From: Mobula hypostoma
Taxonomy: Eukaryota
NCBI RefSeq assembly: GCF_963921235.1
Contig: NC_086097.1
Location: 101,000,001-101,064,000, forward strand
Length of the DNA stretch: 64,000 nucleotides
Direction of reading: 5' to 3'
Position numbers and translations under genes: made by a program
In this document: piece by piece, positions 51,133 to 64,000 of the stretch
How positions within the stretch are numbered: the first letter of the stretch is position 1
How the letters are laid out: each line of letters opens with the position of its first letter
The notes under the pieces: generated by a model
What the model was told of the DNA's origin: nothing
What the model saw: the letters and a program-made list of their open reading frames with translations, nothing else
The model's database searches: none

Positions 51133-53005
51133 ATAATTTTGGCTGCATTGAAGTGGCACAGCACCAACCTGAGAGTGCAATAAAGAAGTAGGGTCAGAGT
51201 CTGAGAGCAAGGTCTGGACGATTTAAGCGCTGGTCCAGATTGAAAAGGACAGGGTGTTAGAGACAGAGGTGAGGCGAGGCACGGGCTGGTTCAAATCTCT
51301 AACATGCAAGGTTTACTTGTCTCCACACTGAACTTCAACTCGTTGCTCCGCAAGGTTTACTCATCTCTGCACCGAACTGTGGCTGTGGCCTGCAACTATC
51401 ACAGTGTGATCTCACTTTTGTGAACTTCAGTTCTGAATGCTATTTGCTTACTTTTATCGTTTGCATGGTTTTTTCTTTCTTTTTTTTCTGCACGTTGGGT
51501 GTCTGATAGTCTTCTTTTGTTTTAATGGGTTCTATTGGGTTTCTTTGTTTTGTAGTTGCCTGTAAGGAGCAATAAACGATAAGCATAAACTCTGTTCCAG
51601 TGACATCAATGATACTGAATTCTAACCAACAGCGCACATATAAAATCTACCTGGGATGAATTTCTGTATAGTTGTCACTTGATTTAATACTCAAATGGCA
51701 CTTGTTCAGAAAGAAACTGAATATATAGTATTCTGGAGTCTGAAGAGAGGCAGGATCTGCGTGTGGTGAGACATGGTGCCAAAGCATGCAGGAATCAAAC
51801 AGTGGGTAAAAATATTGCCAACTTTTCACAGTAAAGATGCAGAGCAATGCTGTTGCAGACAAACCAGCTGAAGGTTCTGAGACTGTGCTACAGGGACAAA
51901 CAATGAGCTTATATTATTATGTACCTGATGCATTGGGGAAGTCAGCCTCAAAGGCTCATAAATTTCAAGGAACATAGGGAACTTCAATATAGCACAGTGC
52001 ATGATTCACTATTTGCAAAATAGAGAGGGTGTTCACTTCCATCTGCACCTTTGTAGAGCAATAAACAGTCGGGTGGAAGAACTCATCAGATCATCTTATG
52101 CTGCTCAACTCTGAGTTCCTCCAGTAGACTGTTTATTGCTCCACATTCCAGCGTCTACCATCTCCTGAGTCTGCAGCACCTTTGTAAAACCCAACAGTAC
52201 ACAGTCTCTGACAGCTGACAACATAGCTTTCATCAGAATAAACTTTAACTGAATTTGTCTTGTTACATGTCCACAGTTTTGTTTTCCTGGGAGTCTATAG
52301 TTTCATTTACTGTGGGCGTCATGTGTCCCCAGTTTCATTTTACTTTGAGTCCACAGTTATGTTTCTGTATGCATTACCTTATGACGTATGCCGACGGTAT
52401 AAAAGAAAAGTGGACAGTGCTGAGAGGGAGAGTGAAGATTGCAAACTTTGAACTATCCGGGAACAGCTCATGATTGAGAAGGGTAAAGTCTAATGCTTAT
52501 CCAAACCCAAAGGATTGGGTTAATCAGCAGCACAATGTGCAATGTGGAGATGTGTCTGTCCTTTGTATGATCCATGGGTGTGGATTTTTTGACAGTCACT
52601 TTGTGAAATCGCTCTTCTTGTACTTCAGAACAATATCCCTCGGCTGGAATCTTCAGTAATCGTTTCGTCGTTCACTAGCCGTGGAATCTTTGGAATTCGT
52701 CGTGATCGCCTCGTCGCTGCACTGTGAATCCACAAGTTTCTCCTCTCACCCATTTCATGAGTTACTGGGACTCTCTGAATTGCCATTTTAGGACTGTGCT
52801 TGAGTAAGGTTTGTTAAGAACGGGTTCTAAGTTTGACTGTAAGTAAGCTATAGACGCATAACACTTAACTTCAGTTTAAGAAAGTAGTTTATTTAATTTT
52901 CTATGTTTTTGAGTAGATGTAAATAAATATAGTGGTTTTAATATTAAAACCTGACTCAATTTTTCATCTCTTGCTGCTGGTACGTTACAAAATCGTAACA
53001 TAAAT

Positions 53006-53023
53006 TGGGGGCTCGTCTGGGAT
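53006..53023 (+). promoter_or_regulatory. Primer-binding site complementary to tRNA-Pro
   Basis: TGGGGGCTCGTCTGGGAT differs by one base from the MLV-type PBS-Pro, TGGGGGCTCGTCCGGGAT. Confidence 0.85.
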
Positions 53024-53386
53024 ATGAACAAAATTGGAGCTTATTGATTGATAATCAATCTCATTGACTACTACGCTTTTGATGACTTGTGTGGGGAAAC
53101 CAGCAGCAATGGATATTGGGGCTTTCCTGGCATTCCCAGACCCTAAGGCATTGGGAGATGCAAGAAAGGATGACTTGTTGGCCATTGCTAAGGAGCTGGG
53201 ACTTACTGCGGTAAATCGGGATAGGAAAAAGGTACAGATTCAGAGGTTAATAGCTGAGTTCTATATTTGTTTGAGAAAGTTTGAAGAGGGGGTGTTAGAA
53301 AGGTTCCCCGAAAGTAAACCCAGTGATCTTGAGCCCCAGCACGTTGGAAAAATGAAAAATGGAGGCTGAGAATAGGCGAAGACAGC

Positions 53387-53540
53387 AACAGCTCGAGGCT
53401 GAGTTAAAAGGAAAACAGCTCGAGGCTGAGTTAAAAGGAAAACAGCTCAAGGCTGAGTTAAGAGGAAAACAGCTCGAGGCTGAGTTAAGAGGAAAACAGC
53501 TCGAGATTGAGTTACGACAAAAACAGCTTGAGGCTGAGGA
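53387..53540 (+). repeat. In-frame 27-bp tandem repeat in gag, (KQLEAELKG)x5-6
   Basis: Repeated aacagctcgaggctgagttaa(a/g)aggaa. Confidence 0.9.
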
Positions 53541-56500
53541 AGTAGAAAAACAGAGGCGGTTTGCAGCTGAAGAAGCAGAAAAACAGAGGGAAGAAGCAGG
53601 AAAACAGAGAGAAGAAGCAGAAAGACAAAGGAGGTTTGAGTTAGAGAAGATAGAGAAGCTACAGCAAAGGGGTCTAGCGTTTGACTCTGGTGATAAGTTT
53701 GTTACCAGTCATGAAGTTAAATTGGTCCCTCCATTTGATGAAACTGAGGTTGATAAATACTTTCAGCATTTTGAGAAAGTGGCTCAGAGCCTAAAGTGGC
53801 CGGAAGGAGGCTGGCCTCTCTTGTTACAGAGTGTATTTAAGGGTAAGGCTCAACAGGCTCATTCTGCCTTATCAATTGAAGACGCAGCTAAGTATGAGAT
53901 TGTGGAATAGGCTGTGCTTAAAGCCTATGAACTGGTTCCAGAAGCCTATAGGCAAAGGTTTTGGAATTTGAGGAAATCTGTGAACCAGACTTACATGGAA
54001 TTTGCTTATGAGAAGTGTGTGTGTTTTGACCGCTGGTGCACATCTAAAAATATGGATGGTGATTTTGACAACTTGAAAGAGTTGGTTTCAATTGAAGAAT
54101 TTAAGAGGTGCATCCCTAATGACATAAAGGCATATTTAGATGAAAATAATGCTGCCACTCTGCAGGAGTCTGCTAAGTTAGCAGATGAATTTGCCTTAAC
54201 CCACAAGTTTAAGTTTACCCCGAGTAAGACCTTCCAAAAGAGTAGCATGAATAGTCAGGGTAAACCAGAAATCAAATCTGGGTCTAGTGACAAGGGTAAG
54301 GATAAAGGGAAACAATTAAAGGAGAAGCCCTCTGGTCCTACTTGTCACTATTGTAGGAAACCTGGTCATGTTATGGCTAACCGTTTCCTTTTGTTCCCTG
54401 TGACCCCACAGGGTTCTGAACATTCTGATGAAGCTCTGTCAAAGGCTAAAACGTCTAGTCAGGTTAGGAAAGAATTCCTTCAATTTGTGTCAGTGAATGA
54501 AGAGTCACCCCCTGTGCCAGTGAAAATTCTTCGAGATACTGCAGCTTCTCAGTCATTTTTGTTAAACAGTGTTCTAAAGTTTGGTGATGAGACTGCCATT
54601 GGTGAGGTAAATCTTATTCGAGGTATTGGGTGCAACGCTGTTCCTGTACCTCTGCACAAGACAATTTTGAAGTCAGAGTTAATTTCAGGACTTGTTAAAA
54701 TAGGACTACGACCCAGTTTACCGGTGGAAGGTATTTTTTTGTTGTTAGGAAATGACCTAGCAGGTGGTAAAGTTGTTCCTGTAGTGCAGCTGACAACTAA
54801 GCCAATCAATAATGATTCAAAGATAGACCCTAACATTTATCCCTCATGTGCAGTAACTTGAGCTAGAGCCAAGAAACTTGCCAATGCAGATGGTCCTGTG
54901 CAGCATGATTCAGCTACTCATGATAGCTCAAATAGGGAATCAGATTTTGATAACTTGTCAGGGATTTTTCTGCCTTCATTGTTTCACCAGGATCCAGGTA
55001 TTAAATCTGATAATAAAGATTTATCTCTGTCTAGGAAGGAGTTCATAGCAGAGACCCTGAGATTGAAGCTTTAAGTGAAAAAGCTCTCTCAGGTGAGGAG
55101 ATTGATAAAGTGCCAGTAGGGTTTTATTTCAAAGATGGAGTGTTAATGAGGAACTGGAGACCACTTGATGTTCCTGCAAGTGAGGAATGGGCAATTGTTC
55201 ACCAGGTTGTAGTTCCTAAAGCCTATAGGAATGAGATTTTAACTTTGGCCCGTAGTAAACCCTTGGGAGGCCATCTAAGTGTGAATAAAACTGTGAACAA
55301 AGTTTTAGAACAATTCTTCTGGCCTAGTTTGAGGAAAGATGTTGCAACATTTTGCATGACTTGTCACACTTGTCAGGTTGTGGGTAAACCTAATCAGGTC
55401 ACCCCAATGGCCCCACTACAGCCTATTCTGGCATTTGGTGAACCTTTTTCTAAAGTTAATGTGGATTGTGTTGGCCCATTGCCAAAGACTAAAGCTGGTC
55501 ATCAGTATTTGCTAACTATCATGTGTACAGCATCTAGATTTCCAGAGGCAATACCTCTCAGAAAAATAAAATCCAAAACTATGTCGAAGGCTCTCGTAAA
55601 GTTTTTTTTTTACTTTATTTGGTTTGCCAAAAGAAATTCAGTCTGATCAAGGGAGTAATTTTATGTCAGGATTATTCCAGTAGATAGTTTACAAACTGGG
55701 AGCCAAACAGATAATGTCATCTGCGTATCATCCAGGATCCCAAGGGGCCTGAGAGAGATTCCATTCTACCCTCAAAACCATGATTAGCACATTCTGTACT
55801 GAAAATGAGAAGGACTGGGATGAGGGAATTCATTTGCTTTTATTTGCAATAAGGGAGTCAGTATAAGAGTCAATACGCTTCAGTCCTTTTGAACTTTGTT
55901 TGGTCACCAGGTCCAAGGACCTTTGGCATTGTTAAAGGAACAGTGGGTTAACAATGACCTGCATGTTAATTTGCTAGATTATGTTTTGAAGTTCAAGGAC
56001 AAATTGCAAAGGGCTTGCAACATAGCAGAGGAAAATTTTAAATCAGCCCAGGAAAGAATGAAAACTTGATATGATAAACAAGCTAGAATGAGGTCATTCA
56101 AGCCAGGAGATAAAGTGCTTGTTTTGTTTCCTGTACAAACAAACCCTCTACAAGCTAAGTTTCATGGTCCCTATGAAATTATGGCTAAAGTTAATGATGT
56201 GGACTATGTAGTCAAAACACCAGATAGACGAAGGCCAACGCAGTTTTTGTCACATAAATATGCTTAAGCTGTATCATGAAAAACAAACTGCAGCTGTGGC
56301 AGTTGCTGTAAACAAAGATAGGTGTGAGCTCTCTGGAAATTTATTAGCTGATCCATCTGAGGCCTATTTTAAACTGAACATTATTTCAGCCAGATTGACA
56401 AATTCGACTATTTTGGAAAATATTGATGAGAAACTGGCTCATTTATAGCCACAGCAGTGGCAGCAGATGAACCAGATGGTAATATCAGATTCTGCACTGA

Positions 56501-59379
56501 TTACTGAAAGGTGAATGTTGTAACAAAAACAGATGCTTATCCAATCCCTAGAGTGGATGATTGTGTAGACAAGGTTGGAAAAGTTAAGTTTCTTACAAAG
56601 ATTGATCTGTTAAAAGGATATTGGTGTGTTCCAGTGGATAAAGGTAGAGAAATTTCTGTCTTTGTGATGCCTTCTGGGTTGTTTGAATACAATGTTCTGC
56701 CATTTGGAAATAAAAATGTTCTAGGAACATTCCAGAGAAGGACTAATTCTGTAATTCAAGGGTTAGAACACACAGATGTCTATATTGATGATTTAGTCAT
56801 GGGGAATGACACCTGGGAAGTCCATATCTCTGCAGTGGAAAAGCTGTTTGAAAGGCTCTCAAAAGCCAACCTTACAATTAACCTAGCTAAGAGTGAATTT
56901 GGCCATTCCACTGTGATCTATCTTGGTTATGTTGTAGGTCAAGGCAAGTTGGCTCCTGTTCAGGCAAAAGTTCAGGCAATTTCTGAGGTTCCCATTCCAA
57001 CTGGGAAAAGGGCTCTTAGAAGATTTCTGGGATTGGCCAGATATTATCGCAAGTTCCTTAAGAACTTTGCTGATATTGTTCTCCTATTGACTAACCTCCT
57101 GAAGAAGGATGAAAAGTTTGTTTGGACAGAACAGGCATTTGATAAATTGAAAGCTATCTTATGTCACCAACCTGTGCTCAGGTCACCTGATTTTGCCAAG
57201 CCATTCTCCAAGGCTGTGGATGGCAGTGATGAAGCTGCAGGAGCAGTGTTACTACAAAGGGATTATTATGATGATGTTGACCGTTCTGTGGCTTACTTTT
57301 CAAAGAAATTTAATGAGCATCAAAGAAATTATTCTACCATAGAGAAGGAATTATGATCACTTATCTTGGCTGTGCAGCATTTTGATGTGTATGTTTGCAC
57401 AGTTCAGAAACCACTTGTGATTTATACAAATCATAATCCATTGGTGTTCTTGAGTAAGTTGAAAAATAAAAATAGAAGGTTGCTGAATTGGAGTTTGATT
57501 TTGCAAGAGTATGATCTCATGATAACTCACATTAAAGGCAAAGATAATGTAATTGCTGATTGTCTTTCCAAATGTTAAACTTGCAATTTAATTTTAATAA
57601 TGGAGTGTAATTTACTATTTGTATATGCTTCTGCAATATGTTGTATTAGTTTGTAGTGTGCTGGATGATAACTGTACATGTATTGTTCCACATATTGTAG
57701 ATTGTAGTTAAAATTTTGCTCTTACAGATCAAAACTTTCTCTTCTTGGGGGAGGGTGTTACATGTCCACAGTTTCGTTTTCCTGGGAGTCCGTAGTTTTG
57801 TTTACTGTGGGCGTCATGTGTCCCCAGTTTCATTTTACTTTGAGTCCACAGTTTCGTTTCTGTATGCGTTACCTTATGACATATGCCGACGGTATAAAAG
57901 AAATGTGGACAGTGCTGAGAGGGAGTCGAAGGAAAGAGAGAGAGAGTGAAGATTGCAGACTTCAAGCTATCCGGGACCAGCTCATGATCGAGAAGGGTAA
58001 AGTCTAATGCTTATCCAAACCCAAAGGACTGGGTTAATCAGCAGCACAATGTGCATTGTGGAGACGTGTCTGCCCTTTGTATGATCCATGGGTGTGGATT
58101 TTGTGACAGTCACTTTGTGAAATCGCTCTTCGTGTACTTCGGAACAGTATCCCTCGGCTGGAATCTTCAGTAACCATTTCTTCATTAGCTAGCCGTGGAA
58201 TCTTTGGAATTCGTCGTGATCGCCTCGTCGCTGCACTGTGAATGCACAAGTCTCTCCTCTCATCTATTTCGTGAATTACTGGGACTCTCTGAACTGCCAT
58301 TTTAAGACTGTACTTGAGTAAGATTTGTTAAGAACGGGTTCTAAGTTTGACTGTAAGTAAGCTATAGACGCATAACACTGTTAACTTCAGTTTAAGAAAG
58401 TAGTTTATTTAATTTTCTATGTTTTTGAGTAGATGTAAATAAATATAGTGGTTTTAATATTAAAACCCGACTCAATTTGTCATCTCTTGCTGCTGGTACG
58501 TTACAAAATTGTAACAGTCTGTACTGTTAACAAGCTGAGGTTACAGCTCTCAAGGCTCTGGATATCATTTCTAAAGAAGTTTCAGCTATAGCACTACATC
58601 AGTGTATTCTCCAACTGTTGACAGATGGCTGAGCAGCATAAGACTAGCTTGACTCCATGAAACACAAGCCTTCTGGTGTAAACAAGATGAAAGGCTCCAA
58701 AACACAAGTTAGACTGATTTAGAAACTGAAATTAAGCACCTTTGATTTAGAGCAAGTTTTAAATTTGAACCAGTCTTGATAATTTCCTTGCTGTTGGTCA
58801 TCTATTGTTAGATTCATCTGGACGTTGCCACAAAATAAATATTGAGTGTGTGACGTTAACTGAACCTATTAATTTATCTTCTAGCAGACCAACAGTAATA
58901 CCTTTTCCACACTGTCACTCTGCTGAGATAGCTTTGGCCTCAGACGATGTCTGAAGAAATCCTACAGTAGTCCTGAAACTAAGATACTTGAACTCACAAT
59001 CATCATCTATGTAATTCTCTTCATCACTCTCCACCAGTTTACCCCACATCCATCCTCCTTTGCATAGGTGCAACTGCAGCCAGAAGAATTTTCCTGAGCA
59101 TTTCTTGGTTCTGAATAAGGATCTCAGACTTGGAAAGTTGACTGTGCCTCTTTCCGCAGATGACGCCTCATCTGCCGAGTTTTTCCAACAGGTTCTATAT
59201 TTATTACAGATTCCCAGTATCTGCAATTCTTTTGATTACAAGTAGTTTTATTAGGGCTTCTCAGTCACACGCTACCCCAGGCTAAGGGCTGTCACTTAAC
59301 TTCCCTCTGGAATTCTGCTCTTTTGAACAGTTTAGACCAGATGGTGCAATTTGGTGAGTGTATTTTGTTATTATTATAA

Positions 59380-59606
59380 AATCTGTGGAATTTGTTGCCA
59401 CAAGCGGCTGTGGAGGCCAAGTCATAGTCATTGGGTGCATTTAAGGCAGAGATAGATAGGTTCTTGATTAGTCAGGGCATCAAAGGATATGGGGTGAAGG
59501 CAGGGGAGCGGGGATGACTGGAAGAATTGGATCAGCCCATGATTGAATGGCGGAGCAGACTCGATGGGCTGAATGGCCTACTTCTGCTCCTATATCTTAT
59601 GGTCTT
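59380..59606 (+). mobile_element. CR1 3' end fragment (a similar one lies at about 3500-3717)
   Basis: gattgaatggcggagcagactcgatgggctgaatggcctacttctgctcctatatcttatgg. Confidence 0.8.
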
Positions 59607-60139
59607 GCGTATGATCCACTAAAGTGTTCAGGTACTGAATTAACAACTGATCAAGGATTTAGGAATAAATAACTTGATACAGTGTTAGGTACAGCTGATG
59701 TAACTGAGGTACAAGACATTCAATCTTAACGATCGGATCAGATGCTTAACCTAGTCACTTCTGACACCAAGAACATAAATAGTCTTGTTCAATAATGGCT
59801 GAGGCCAAACATAAGGAAAAGGAGAGGTTGAATGATTCACAACCTTTCGAGGGAATATATGCCTCCTCATTTAAATCACTGACCTTTTATCTTGAGATCA
59901 AGCCCCATAGTGCTAGATACCCTCACCAGGGAAAATATCCTTACAGCATTTACTCTGCAAAAATCCTTTAGGCTACACACAACTAATCTACCAATTCCTC
60001 ATGGAATTAACTCATTCATGCCAGGGATCAAATTATTGAACTTTCTCTATACTGTTTCCAAATCAAATATATTGAGCCCTCGACAAGCAAGCCAAACAGT
60101 TCATCATGTGTGCTCTCACTAAAGGTCTGTACAGCTGTA

Positions 60140-62950
60140 GCAGGAATGATAAGTCTGGAGTCCTTTAGCAGCAAGCCATCAAGAATGGTGAATGTGTCTC
60201 TTTCAAGCAAGTAAGGTCTGAGTTCGTGAGCTCCTTTTGGAACAGCTGGCTATCCACACTCACAGAATTGCATGATCTTGTTGCAGGTTTGGTCCTTTTT
60301 CAAATCTGCTCGAATTTCAACCACTTTACTCTGCGATGCAGGAAAGCTTCATATTCCTGAGCTAAGCAGATGGTGGTATCTTCCATGAGGGCGGAGCCAG
60401 TGTTTGTACACTCACTTTTGTGTGGCATCTCAACAGAGTGTCTGGTGTTGTGAAAAATTTGCTAGGACATGTTCAATTATCATAACAGTTGTCTGACACA
60501 AGCGGCAGAAGCCTCAATCTGAATCTTTGAGACATGGAAGTAAGTCATCCAAGTGTTTCGAGCTGAGGAGGCTGACAAGAGGCTTGTGGTCTATTTCAAG
60601 TAGGAATTCAGTGCTGATCAAGTAGCAGCTGAAGCATTCACAAGCCCACACGAGAGCCAGTGTCTCCTTTTTGATTTGGGCTCTTGATGCATACACTACT
60701 GCAGTATAGCAAAAGTACTCCCCCAAGCCAAAGGAAGGAACATCTGCTGAGACCTTGGTTGCTTTGTTCGGATCAAAGTACGCCAATGTTTGTGGAGAGA
60801 TAAGCCCTGCGTTAAGTGATGACAATGACTTCTAATGTGGTGCTTCCCAGGTGAGATGTTTATCGGAGAGGAGGTCACATCACTATGTGCTTTGTTTTCT
60901 CTGTCAAATCTGAAATTAACTTTCCCAGCTGGTTTACCATGCCAAGGAAACCGTGAATCTCTGATGTATCCATAGGTCATTCCATGTTCTGAACTTGGTT
61001 GCACTCCCTCTGAGGACAGTTGGTGTCCTAAGAACTTCGCCTTTAACTTTGCAAATTCACATTTTTTAGTTCAGGGTGATTTCAGTATTGAAGTACATAT
61101 ATGTCACCATACACAACCCTGAGATTTATTTTTTTTCTTTATATTTATTTATTCACAATAAATATAAAGAAACACAGAAGAATCAATGAATATTGCCCCC
61201 TCCCCCAACAAGACAAACAATATGCAAAAAAAAACAACTGTGCAAGAGCAAAAAGAAGAAAAGAAATAATAAATAAACATAAAATATTGAGATGAAGGAT
61301 CCTTGAACTGAGTCCATAGACTGTGGATAAAGTTCAGTGATGGGCTGAGTGAAGTTGAATGAAGATATCCCTCTGGTTCAAAAACCTAATGGTTGAGGAG
61401 TAATAACTGTTCCTGAACGTTGTGGTGGGAGTCCTTGATAATGGTCGCTGCTTTCCTATGATAGTGTTCAGTATAGATGTGCTCAAAGGTGGGGAGGGCT
61501 TTACCTGTGATGGACTGGGCCATAAACCACTACTTTTTGTAGGCTTTTGGTGTTTCCATACCAGGCCATGATGCAACCAGTCAATATACTCTCCACCACA
61601 CATCTATAAAAATTTTGTCAAGGTCTTAGATGACATGCTGAATCTTCACAAACTGCTAAGTAAGTAAAATTGCTGCCATGCTTTCTACTTAATTGCACTT
61701 GCTTGCTAAGCCCAGAACAGGTCCTCTGAAATGATAACAGGCTGGAATCAGTTTCTCCAAGGCAATTTCCACTCTTTTGTCAAGTCTTCACCTGAGCCTC
61801 TGAAGATGGCTATATCGTCTATGTGGCAGACTACTCCTTCCAGTCTCTCCAAAATTTGGTTCATCCTCATTTGCGAGTGTTCAAGGGCAGATAGGATGCC
61901 AAAAGGGGGTATCTTGAAGGCATAACATCCATATAGCATGATAAAGTTTGTGGACTTCCGTGACTCAGAGCCAGAACCCTGAGTTTGTATCCAGTTTGGT
62001 GAAGAACTTTCCTCCACCCAGAATACCCAATGTGTGCTCAACAGAGGGCAGAATAAACTGCTCCTGCCTCACTGCATTATTCAACTTTGTTAGATCACCT
62101 CAGATCCTCACTCTGCCATCTGACTTGGGAACAGGAACAATGCCCCCACACCAGTCAATAGGTCCATTCACTCTACTTATGATGTCAAGTGCCTCCATTC
62201 TCTCAACCTCAGCTTTGATTTTGTTCACCAATGGTACTGGTATAGGTTTCGTTGTGGTCAGAGAGTAGGGTGTCACTCCTGGCTTCAGATGGATAAGGTA
62301 CCCCAGGCCCCTGAACAACTTCAGTTACTTCTCCTGCCACTGAACATTGTTTAGCAAAACCAACCTTGCATTGAGGTTCAGCTTCTCGATGGCATGTCAT
62401 CCCAGTAGTGGTGAGAAGAGATTCTGATGAACGTAGACATCCTCTTTTAACTGTTTCTCATTTTTACGGATGGAAGTAGTGAACAGTCCTTTCACACTGA
62501 GATTGTTTCCGTGGCTCATTGAGCACTTTCATTGTTGGGTTTAGCATAAAGCCTATTTTCTTCACCAGTTTTGTGATTAGACATTTAGAGACAGCTGTGA
62601 CATCTGCTCCAGTGTCTATTTTGAATATCACTGCCTCATTTTGCAACAGAACCGTAATACACCAGCCTTGTCTATGTGAATCTGCAGCCCCAAGGAAAGT
62701 TCTTTGTCTGAATCATGGTCTTCTTTGACCTCCTGAAGAACTGATTTTGAGTGACACCAGTTTTTATAATGGCCAACTCTATTGCATTGTTGGCATTTCA
62801 CTTCTTTCACTGGACAGAGCTCTTTGATGTGGAATGGAGACTACAAAAGTCTTTTCTCTTCCTGAGAGTTTGACTGCCTTCTCTGCTCAGTCTGTGTCTC
62901 TGTGCACTTCCTCAGGCTAGTGGCCCACAGATTATTACAATGTATCCACT
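60140..62950 (-). mobile_element. Degraded Gypsy internal region without LTRs, interrupted by a Rex1-type fragment at about 61085-61740
   Basis: CQQCNRVGHYKNWC knuckle, FKIDTGADVT protease, WCGGIVPVPKSDGRVRI and CHIDDI RT, and KETLALVWACE/DHKPLV RNase H. Confidence 0.85.
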
Positions 62951-63752
62951 TTTGGGATGGAGCTTGAAGGCGTTTCCCAGCAATCCTGGCCCATTCTCAG
63001 CTCATGCTTCATGGTGCATACAGTTAGCAAAGGCAATTTAGATTAATAAAACTCTGGATATTTTTCATAGATACATGCGAAAAAGAACAGTCTTATTGTA
63101 AATTCTTTCTTGTTGAAAATCTCACTTGGCCTGTAGAACCAATTCAACAATGATCAACCACTCTTGACACCACGCTGTGTTCGATATTGAGCAATAGTGC
63201 AGAGCACACCAGGATGTCAGCATGCAGGATACTCAGCTGAACTTTATCGATAACCCTGCTTCTACAGTGTGTGAACTTCTCCCATGTGGCAATGGCTAAC
63301 TGAGTGGCACAGGAATAACACTTAACTATCACTAAAGCCAGAGTCAGTCAGTGTGAGAAAATACGAACTCCTTACAGACAGTGGCGATAAATGAACATAG
63401 GTCACTGGTACTGTAATAGTGTTATGCTAACCACTACGCTACAGTGCCACCCAAAGTCTGAAAGCACATACCAACAAGCTCAAGGAAAGCTTTTATCTTG
63501 CTGTTATAAGACTACTGAACAGTCCCCTAGTATGACAATAGGGGCTCTTGACTTTGGAACTGGGTTCTGTACTAACTGTAACTGTAACACTTTATTCCAC
63601 ATTGTGTATTTGCTTTTCCTTGTACTACTGCAACACACTGTGATGTCTGTATGGCTTGCAAAACTAACTTTTTCTATTATATCTTTATTATATCTTTATT
63701 ATATCTTCATACATGTGGCAATGATAAACCAACCAATGAGATGAAGACATAG

Positions 63753-64000
63753 ACATATGACAAGGTTCCACACGGTAGGCTTATTCAGAAAGTCAGAAGG
63801 CATGGGATCCAGGGAAGTTTGGCCAGGTGGATTCAGAATTGGCTTGCCTGCAGAAGGCAGAGGGTCATGGTGGAGGGAGTACATTAAGATTGGGGGATTA
63901 TGACTAGTGGTGTCCCACAAGGATCGGTTCTGGGACCTCTACTTTTCGTGATTTTTATTAACGAACTGGATGTGGGGGTAGAGGGGTGGGTTGACAAGTT
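63753..64000 (+). mobile_element. CR1 RT fragment running off the window end
   Basis: DKVPHGRLIQKVRRHGIQG...[20 protein letters not shown]. Confidence 0.85.

Larger units (their letters stand above)
52261..58516 (+). mobile_element. Complete Gmr1-like Gypsy LTR retrotransposon (inactivated)
   Basis: LTRs at 52261-53000 and 57756-58516 (TGTTAC...GTAACA), a GTCT TSD, PBS and PPT. Domain order is Gag(SCAN-like)-PR(LRDTAASQS)-IN(H..H..C..C, VDCVGPL)-RT(YIDD)-RH. Confidence 0.95.

Noticed and set aside
58997..59073. Alternative exon MWGKLVESDEENYIDDD ending at a strong gtgagt donor
   Set aside because: Its phase-1 end is incompatible with the phase-0 CCDC9B exons found here, and I recognise no homology.

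Overview
This is vertebrate genomic DNA. The repeat content suggests a cartilaginous fish, probably a ray or other batoid (inference). It lies mostly within the very large introns of one minus-strand host gene, CCDC9B (C15orf52-like). Three confidently placed in-frame coding exons are at 33497-33607, 30068-30172 and 5577-5717; the ORF track misses all of them. Three further phase-compatible upstream exons are only candidates. Most of the rest is transposable elements. These include a near full-length CR1 LINE with an esterase-type ORF1 and many CR1 fragments, L1/Tx1-type insertions (one with an exact twin-priming inversion beside a splice donor), an RTE fragment, and Penelope-like elements with a GIY-YIG domain and minimal hammerhead ribozymes. 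There is also a complete Gmr1-like Gypsy element (integrase before RT, SCAN-like Gag, tRNA-Pro PBS), an old Gypsy element carrying three nested LINEs, a third Gypsy fragment, a solo LTR, tRNA-derived SINEs, Rex1-type fragments and a Tc1 end. I found no prokaryotic systems and no evidence of a wholly new system; the most interesting items are structural. Boundaries of degraded repeats are approximate, and family calls come from motif recognition rather than database searches.
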